From an uncultured virus (IMG/VR IMGVR_UViG_3300030329_002226) (Duplodnaviria; Heunggongvirae; Uroviricota; Caudoviricetes): a DNA stretch of 20,000 bases. Of the stretch, positions 14,934 to 20,000 are shown one piece after another. Position 1 is the first letter of the stretch; the number at the start of each line of letters is the position of its first letter. The stretch covers positions 47,277-67,276 of IMG/VR virus record IMGVR_UViG_3300030329_002226, one strand, 5' to 3'. Under the pieces are notes generated by a model. That model worked only from the letters and a program-made list of their open reading frames with translations, was not told the origin of the DNA and did no database searches. Both the position numbers and the translations under genes were made by a program.

Positions 14934-15724
14934 TGTATTATATATATCATATACCTGGTAAAAAAATTGGAGTTACACGTAATTTAGAAATGAGAGTAAC
15001 TTTAATGCAAGGATATAAAAAAGGAGAGTATGAAGTTCTAGAACAAAATGAAGATATAAATTATATATCTAATAGAGAATTAGAATTACAAAATACTTAT
15101 GGATATAAAATAGATAATCAATCATATAAAGAATTAATAAATAATAATAAAAAGAAAATGAAAGTAAACGCAACTGAACAAACTACAACATTTCCTTGTC
15201 CACTTAATAAATTAAAAGGACGATTAATGGATAATATAGGTATGACATGGAAAACTGACCATGGAGTATTTGTGTTAGATAAACATATGATTACATGGAT
15301 AATGGATAATGCTAGAATATCTATGTATAATAATGATAGAAGTTATGTATATAATAAAGCATTAGCTGAATGGTTTAATGAACGAAATAGTTTAGAATCT
15401 TTAATTGATTATAGTGATGATATAGAAAGAATAGAAGTATTTAACAAAATAAGATATTGGGCTAAATCTAGAGGTTTATTTGATAAAGGAGATACTAGAA
15501 CTCAATATATTAAATTACAAGAAGAAGCAGGAGAATTAGCTAAAGCATTATTAAAAAATGATGAAGCAGAAATAATAGATGCTATTGGTGATATGGTAGT
15601 AGTATTAACCAATCTAGCTCACATACAAGGCGTGAGTATAGAAAGGTGTATAGCATACGCTTATGATATAATCAATAAGCGTACAGGTAAAATGATTAAC
15701 GGAACATTTGTAAAAGATGAATAA
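14933..15724 (+). CDS. MazG-like NTP pyrophosphohydrolase with N-terminal extension
   Basis: C-terminal KLQEEAGELAKA...IIDAIGDMVVVLTNLA. N-terminal YYIYHI..KIGVTRNL is GIY-YIG-like. Confidence 0.8.
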   Translation: MYYIYHIPGKKIGVTRNLEMRVTLMQGYKKGEYEVLEQNEDINYISNRELELQNTYGYKIDNQSYKELINNNKKKMKVNATEQTTTFPCPLNKLKGRLMDNIGMTWKTDHGVFVLDKHMITWIMDNARISMYNNDRSYVYNKALAEWFNERNSLESLIDYSDDIERIEVFNKIRYWAKSRGLFDKGDTRTQYIKLQEEAGELAKALLKNDEAEIIDAIGDMVVVLTNLAHIQGVSIERCIAYAYDIINKRTGKMINGTFVKDE

Positions 15725-15992
15725 TTACACAGTAAAGACTGAAGATAGAATAGTACAAAAAGTTATCGAAAAGATAGATCAACGTAGTCTGGTTGGTCAA
15801 GCTAAGTACGGAGCAATGATGATGGAAGAAGTAGAAGGTAAAGATAAAAATTTAATGGACTTCTTAACTGATGTTCAAGAAGAAATAATGGATGCTTTAT
15901 TATATATTCAAGCGGCAAAAGCTTGTTTAACTGATGAGATAGAAGAAGCAATGCTACGAAGAATAGAAGTACACGATGAAAAGGAAATATAA
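15717..15992 (+). CDS. Small all-alpha NTP-pyrophosphatase-like protein (91 aa)
   Basis: RS.VG..KYG...QEEIMDALLY; EExxD metal-binding motif. Confidence 0.6.
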   Translation: MNNYTVKTEDRIVQKVIEKIDQRSLVGQAKYGAMMMEEVEGKDKNLMDFLTDVQEEIMDALLYIQAAKACLTDEIEEAMLRRIEVHDEKEI

Positions 15993-16422
15993 AAGAAAAA
16001 AAGGCCCTGTTAACAGTAAGAAAATTACTGTTGACGGGATAACCTTTGCCTCAGGACTTGAGAAGTATATGTATCAAGCTTTGAAGAATGCGGGAATAGA
16101 CGCGGTTTACGAAGGTAGAACATACACTGTATTTCCTGAATTTGAATTTCCAAATATATCTATAGAAAGATGTGCTAATGGTAAAGGAGAGTATAAGAAT
16201 AGAGGAGAAAAGAAAATACTACCAATTAAATATACTCCAGACTTTATAGGAGATGATTTTATAATTGAATGTAAGGGTAGAGCCAATGAAAGTTTTCCTT
16301 TACGTTGGAAAATGTTTAAAAAATATGTAAGTATTGAATTACCTCATGTAATTATATATAAACCACAAAATCAAAAAGAATGCGACGAAACAATAAAGTA
16401 CATCCAGCAGTTGCAAAAGTAA
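15976..16422 (+). CDS. Endonuclease I-like Holliday junction resolvase
   Basis: FASGLE, YEG, YTPDF, IECKG as in the T7 gp3 family. Confidence 0.8.
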   Translation: MKRKYKRKKGPVNSKKITVDGITFASGLEKYMYQALKNAGIDAVYEGRTYTVFPEFEFPNISIERCANGKGEYKNRGEKKILPIKYTPDFIGDDFIIECKGRANESFPLRWKMFKKYVSIELPHVIIYKPQNQKECDETIKYIQQLQK

Positions 16423-16550
16423 TAGCTAGAAAAAAGTATGCCGAGCGTCAAATAGATAAATGGTGGAAATGGAGCTGGGAAAAAAGAAATAAAGTAAAAT
16501 ATAAAGAATTAGTAGAAAAACACGAACAATATAATATTAAATGTTATTAA
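16380..16550 (+). CDS. Small basic hypothetical protein (56 aa)
   Basis: Hand-translated MRRNNKVHPAVAKVIARKKYAERQIDKWWKWSW...; fills the gap after the resolvase. Confidence 0.5.
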   Translation: MRRNNKVHPAVAKVIARKKYAERQIDKWWKWSWEKRNKVKYKELVEKHEQYNIKCY

Positions 16551-16554
16551 AATT

Positions 16555-16701
16555 ATGAAAGAAAAACCCACATATTCAATAGAAATAGGAATATATCCAG
16601 GATTATTATTTGGAATAAGAACATATGATGAACCAGAACAAATTTCATTTGTAGCTTATATTCCTTTTATTGATTTTTGTATAACTTTTTACAAAGAATA
16701 A
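16555..16701 (+). CDS. Small hypothetical protein (48 aa)
   Basis: Hand-translated MKEKPTYSIEIGIYPGLLFGIRTY...; ends 1 nt before nrdB. Confidence 0.55.
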   Translation: MKEKPTYSIEIGIYPGLLFGIRTYDEPEQISFVAYIPFIDFCITFYKE

Positions 16702-16702
16702 A

Positions 16703-17671
16703 ATGAGTTTATTTAAAGAAAGAATACCTTACAAACCGTTTGAATACCCTATATATTATACCGAAGGTTGGCTTAAACAAGCTCAAGCTTTTTGGTTACA
16801 TACTGAAATACCAATGTCAGGCGATGTAAAGGATTGGAACGAAAAATTAACTTTATCTGAAAAAAACTTAGTAGGAAATATCTTATTAGGTTTTGCTCAA
16901 ACTGAATGTGCAGTATCAGATTACTGGACTCAAAAAGTCGTCGCATGGTTTCCAAAACATGAGGTCCAGCAAATGGCCATGATGTTCGGCTCACAAGAAA
17001 CAATACATGCTGTGGCCTATAGTTATTTAAATGAAACACTTGGACTTGAAGATTTCGAAGCTTTCTTACACGAGCCAGCTACTGCTGATCGTTTTGACAA
17101 TCTTGTTGCATATGATGGCAATGAACCAGTCGGCATCGGAAGATCGTTGGCTATTTTCTCTGCTTTCGCAGAAGGAGTTTCTTTATATTCCGCTTTTGCA
17201 GTGCTTTATTCTTTTCAGTTGCGTAATCTTCTCAAAGGAATAGGTCAACAAATGAAATGGAGTGTAAGAGATGAATCGTTACATAGTAGAATGGGTTGTC
17301 AATTATTTAGACATATGTGTGAAGAAATTCCTACATTATTAGATAATTGTAAAGAAGATGTATATTCAGCTGCAAAAATAATGATGGAATTAGAAGAAAA
17401 ATATATAGATAAAATGTTTGAAATGGGTGATATTGAAAACCTTAAAGCATTTGATTTAAAACAATTTGTTAGAAAAAGAACAAATGAAAAATTACAAGAA
17501 CTTGGTTACTCAGATAAAAGAAGATTTTTCAACTATGACAAAGACGCAGCAGCGAATCTTGATTGGTTCTATCATCTTACTGGGGGTCACACTCACACTG
17601 ACTTTTTTGCGATTAGGCCAACTGACTATAGTAAAGCAAATGAAGGAGAGGATTTTGAAGATATATGGTAA
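16703..17671 (+). CDS. nrdB: Class I ribonucleotide reductase beta subunit
   Basis: W..TEI, ETIHAVAY, AEGVSLYSAF, RDESLH, C-terminal DFF..RPTDYSK. Confidence 0.95.
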   Translation: MSLFKERIPYKPFEYPIYYTEGWLKQAQAFWLHTEIPMSGDVKDWNEKLTLSEKNLVGNILLGFAQTECAVSDYWTQKVVAWFPKHEVQQMAMMFGSQETIHAVAYSYLNETLGLEDFEAFLHEPATADRFDNLVAYDGNEPVGIGRSLAIFSAFAEGVSLYSAFAVLYSFQLRNLLKGIGQQMKWSVRDESLHSRMGCQLFRHMCEEIPTLLDNCKEDVYSAAKIMMELEEKYIDKMFEMGDIENLKAFDLKQFVRKRTNEKLQELGYSDKRRFFNYDKDAAANLDWFYHLTGGHTHTDFFAIRPTDYSKANEGEDFEDIW

Positions 17672-17688
17672 AAATAAAATAAAATAAA

Positions 17689-17907
17689 ATGGCACAAAAT
17701 AAATTAAAGAAAAAAGTTGAAGCTTTAACTAGAGTAGTTCAAGCTTTAATTAAAGAGGTTCAAGTGAATGCTAGTTTATCACAAGGAACTATAACTGCTT
17801 TTCAACTTTATGTTGGTGAGAAAAAATGGAATGAATTAATTGAGGAAATGAAAAAGATAGAAGAAGAAAAAAAAGATAAAAAATTAGAAATTCCTGAAGA
17901 AAAATAA
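17689..17907 (+). CDS. Small coiled-coil protein (72 aa) between nrdB and nrdA
   Basis: ORF track; tight packing. Confidence 0.65.
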   Translation: MAQNKLKKKVEALTRVVQALIKEVQVNASLSQGTITAFQLYVGEKKWNELIEEMKKIEEEKKDKKLEIPEEK

Positions 17908-17908
17908 T

Positions 17909-19492
17909 ATGTGGAAAAAAGAATGGAAAAAAGGAATAGATTATCCTGAGTGGGGAGACACTGAGGTATATAAAAAAACAATAGGAGGAGGTTATTTATA
18001 TAATGGAGAAACACCAAAAGATGCGTATAAAAGAGTTGCTAAAACAATTGCTAAAAGATTACAGAAGATCGAAATGGAAGAAACTTTTTTCACATATATG
18101 TGGAAAGGTTGGCTATGTTTGGCCTCGCCTGTTCTTAGCAATACTGGTACTGATAGGGGTCTCCCTATTAGTTGCTTTGGTATTGATGTCGCTGATTCTA
18201 TTATTGACATAGGACAAAAGAACTTAGAGATGATGCTACTCGCTAAGCATGGCGGTGGAGTTGGTATCGGTATAAATCAAATAAGACCCGCTGGCTCAGA
18301 AATAAAAATGAATGGAACAAGCGACGGAGTTGTACCGTTTTGTAAAATCTATGATTCTACGATACTCGCCACGAACCAAGGAGCGGTTAGAANNNNNNNN
18401 NNCGGGGATAAGTTTATGCGAAAGCTTATGGGTGGAGATGAAAATGCAAGAAGGAAATGGGGAAGATTATTACAAAAACGTAAAGCGACTGGAGAACCTT
18501 ATATCTTATTTAAAGGAAACACGAATAAAAGTAATCCACCAGCTTACAAAGACAATTCCTTAAAAGTGCATATGACAAATATCTGTAGTGAAATAGTTTT
18601 ACATACAGATGAAAATCATTCATTCGTTTGTTGTCTATCTAGCTTAAACCTAGCTAAATATGATGAGTGGAAAAATACAAATATTATTTATGATTCAATA
18701 TGGTTCTTAGATGGTGTGTTAGAAGAGTTCTTACAAAGAGCTAAGTATAGAAAAGGATTTGAAAATTCTGTACGATCTGCTGAAAAAGGTAGAGCATTAG
18801 GTCTTGGAGTACTTGGATGGCATACTTATCTACAAGAAAAAGGTTTACCATTTGAAGGTTTATTATCACAATATGAAACAAGAAGAATTTTTAGTCAAAT
18901 TAAAATCGAAAGTGAAAGAGCTTCCATGGATCTTGCTACGGCTTTTGGGGAACCTTTGTGGTGTGTTGGTACTGGTATGCGTAATACTCACCTTCGTGCT
19001 ATTGCTCCCACTGTTAGTAATTCAAAGCTTAGCGGAAACGTCTCGCCCGGAATAGAACCTTGGGCAGCAAATGTTTTTACAGATCAATCAGCTAAAGGAA
19101 CTTTTATTAGAAAAAATCCTACATTACAAAATCTTTTAAAGAAAAAGAAATTAGATACTAAAGAAATGTGGGAAAAGATATTAGCAGATGGTGGATCAGT
19201 TCAAGATATAAAAGAATTATCTATTGAAGAAAAAGAAGTGTTTAAGACATTTAAAGAAATAAATCAACTAGAATTAGTAAGACAAGCAGGTATACGTCAG
19301 CAATATATAGATCAATCAGTTAGTTTAAATCTTGCTTTTCCAGCAACAGCAAATCCTAAATGGATTAACAAAGTACATTTAAATGCATGGGAAAAAGGTG
19401 TTAAAACATTATATTATATGAGAACAGAATCAGTCTTGCGTGGAGATATTGCGGATCAAGCTATGCAAGAATGTGTTAGTTGTGATGGGTAA
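17909..19492 (+). CDS. nrdA: Class I ribonucleotide reductase alpha subunit (no ATP cone; spans assembly gap)
   Basis: ISCF, TNICSEI, VCCLSS, AIAPT, KTLYY, C-terminal CVSCDG; Ns at 18393-18402. Confidence 0.95.
   Translation: MWKKEWKKGIDYPEWGDTEVYKKTIGGGYLYNGETPKDAYKRVAKTIAKRLQKIEMEETFFTYMWKGWLCLASPVLSNTGTDRGLPISCFGIDVADSIIDIGQKNLEMMLLAKHGGGVGIGINQIRPAGSEIKMNGTSDGVVPFCKIYDSTILATNQGAVRXXXXGDKFMRKLMGGDENARRKWGRLLQKRKATGEPYILFKGNTNKSNPPAYKDNSLKVHMTNICSEIVLHTDENHSFVCCLSSLNLAKYDEWKNTNIIYDSIWFLDGVLEEFLQRAKYRKGFENSVRSAEKGRALGLGVLGWHTYLQEKGLPFEGLLSQYETRRIFSQIKIESERASMDLATAFGEPLWCVGTGMRNTHLRAIAPTVSNSKLSGNVSPGIEPWAANVFTDQSAKGTFIRKNPTLQNLLKKKKLDTKEMWEKILADGGSVQDIKELSIEEKEVFKTFKEINQLELVRQAGIRQQYIDQSVSLNLAFPATANPKWINKVHLNAWEKGVKTLYYMRTESVLRGDIADQAMQECVSCDG
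18393..18402. other. Assembly gap (10 N)
   Basis: Run of n in the sequence. Confidence 1.
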
Positions 19493-19494
19493 CT

Positions 19495-19521
19495 AAAAAA
19501 GGGAGGCATTACGCCTCCCTT
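19495..19521. terminator. Terminator between convergent operons (U tract on minus strand)
   Basis: AAGGGAGGC-ATTAC-GCCTCCCTT hairpin preceded by an A run. Confidence 0.85.
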
Positions 19522-19567
19522 AGTTACAGGAACTTTGGGTATGGTACGCCCATTATTTATTGTTCCT

Positions 19568-20000
19568 TTATGATGATATTACTTTATATTTTGTTTTACC
19601 ATTTTCTTTATATGCTTTTAAGCATTTGTTTCTATTCTTTTCTTCTGAAACATATGATACATGTACCCAATTAGGTTGCATATCTGTACCAAATTCCCAA
19701 ATCATTTGATCGAAATCTAAATTATCCTTGATCCAATTGTACATTTCAGCATTACTTTTCTTACCATATACATCGTCAATATCAATTGCTTGTCCTTTAC
19801 AATGTTGACTGGTAGCTGACCCACCAATTGATTCATTTAAAGCTTCTGAACGAAAAAATGAATTAACTTTAATTGGTCCTCCAACCCATTCTCTTAATGG
19901 TTCAAATACTTTTTCAGCTAATAATTTCATAGCTTCTACTTGAGTTTCATTTGGAGTATTATCTATATTTTTTCTTTTAGCTGTATTAGAGTGTATTGCC
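19568..20000 (-). CDS. Peptidase M15-family endolysin (5' end beyond window)
   Basis: SFFRS..LN..IGGSATSQHCKGQAID...WVHVSY. The frame stays open upstream of 19930 (AIHSNTAKRKNIDNTPNETQVEAM). Confidence 0.85.
   Translation of the reverse strand, partial: AIHSNTAKRKNIDNTPNETQVEAMKLLAEKVFEPLREWVGGPIKVNSFFRSEALNESIGGSATSQHCKGQAIDIDDVYGKKSNAEMYNWIKDNLDFDQMIWEFGTDMQPNWVHVSYVSEEKNRNKCLKAYKENGKTKYKVISS

Noticed and set aside
4858..19055. Short antisense or alternate-frame ORFs in the track (e.g. 4858-, 9542-, 10215-, 12402+, 12434-, 13087-, 13140+, 13534-, 13754-, 16773-, 17031+, 17466+, 17510-, 17808-, 17992-, 18003+, 18312+, 18804+)
   Set aside because: They overlap well-supported genes and show no recognisable motifs.
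1..20000. Stop-codon reassignment as in some crAss-like phages
   Set aside because: Long conserved genes read intact with code 11, and no suppressor tRNA is seen.

Overview
AT-rich segment of a lytic dsDNA tailed phage. The host is probably Bacteroidota/Flavobacteria (inferred from A-rich, SD-less starts and an NrdAi/Bi-like RNR). Layout: (1) 1-2700, leftward late/virion genes (tail-fibre-like proteins, small basic proteins). (2) ~2700-3140, a divergent non-coding region that may hold the genome end. (3) 3142-9261, a rightward early/accessory region of tiny ORFs built as promoter-ORF-terminator cassettes. It has 7 copies of the bipartite motif CACGGACTTA-N15-GATAATATA, two structured-RNA clusters, a tRNA-Met(CAT) and two tRNA-like elements. 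(4) 9342-19492, an HTH protein, a sigma70-like factor, ERF recombinase, exonuclease, SSB, primase-helicase, a thymidylate-synthase-fold enzyme with the dCMP-type Asp, two MazG-like NTP pyrophosphatases, an endonuclease I-like resolvase and RNR beta/alpha (alpha has a 10-N gap). (5) A convergent peptidase M15 endolysin. Top leads are a probable cytosine-modification pathway, two phage promoter classes plus a third inverted-repeat operator/iteron motif, and unusual tRNA-like RNAs. All protein calls come from motifs recognised by eye; no searches were run.
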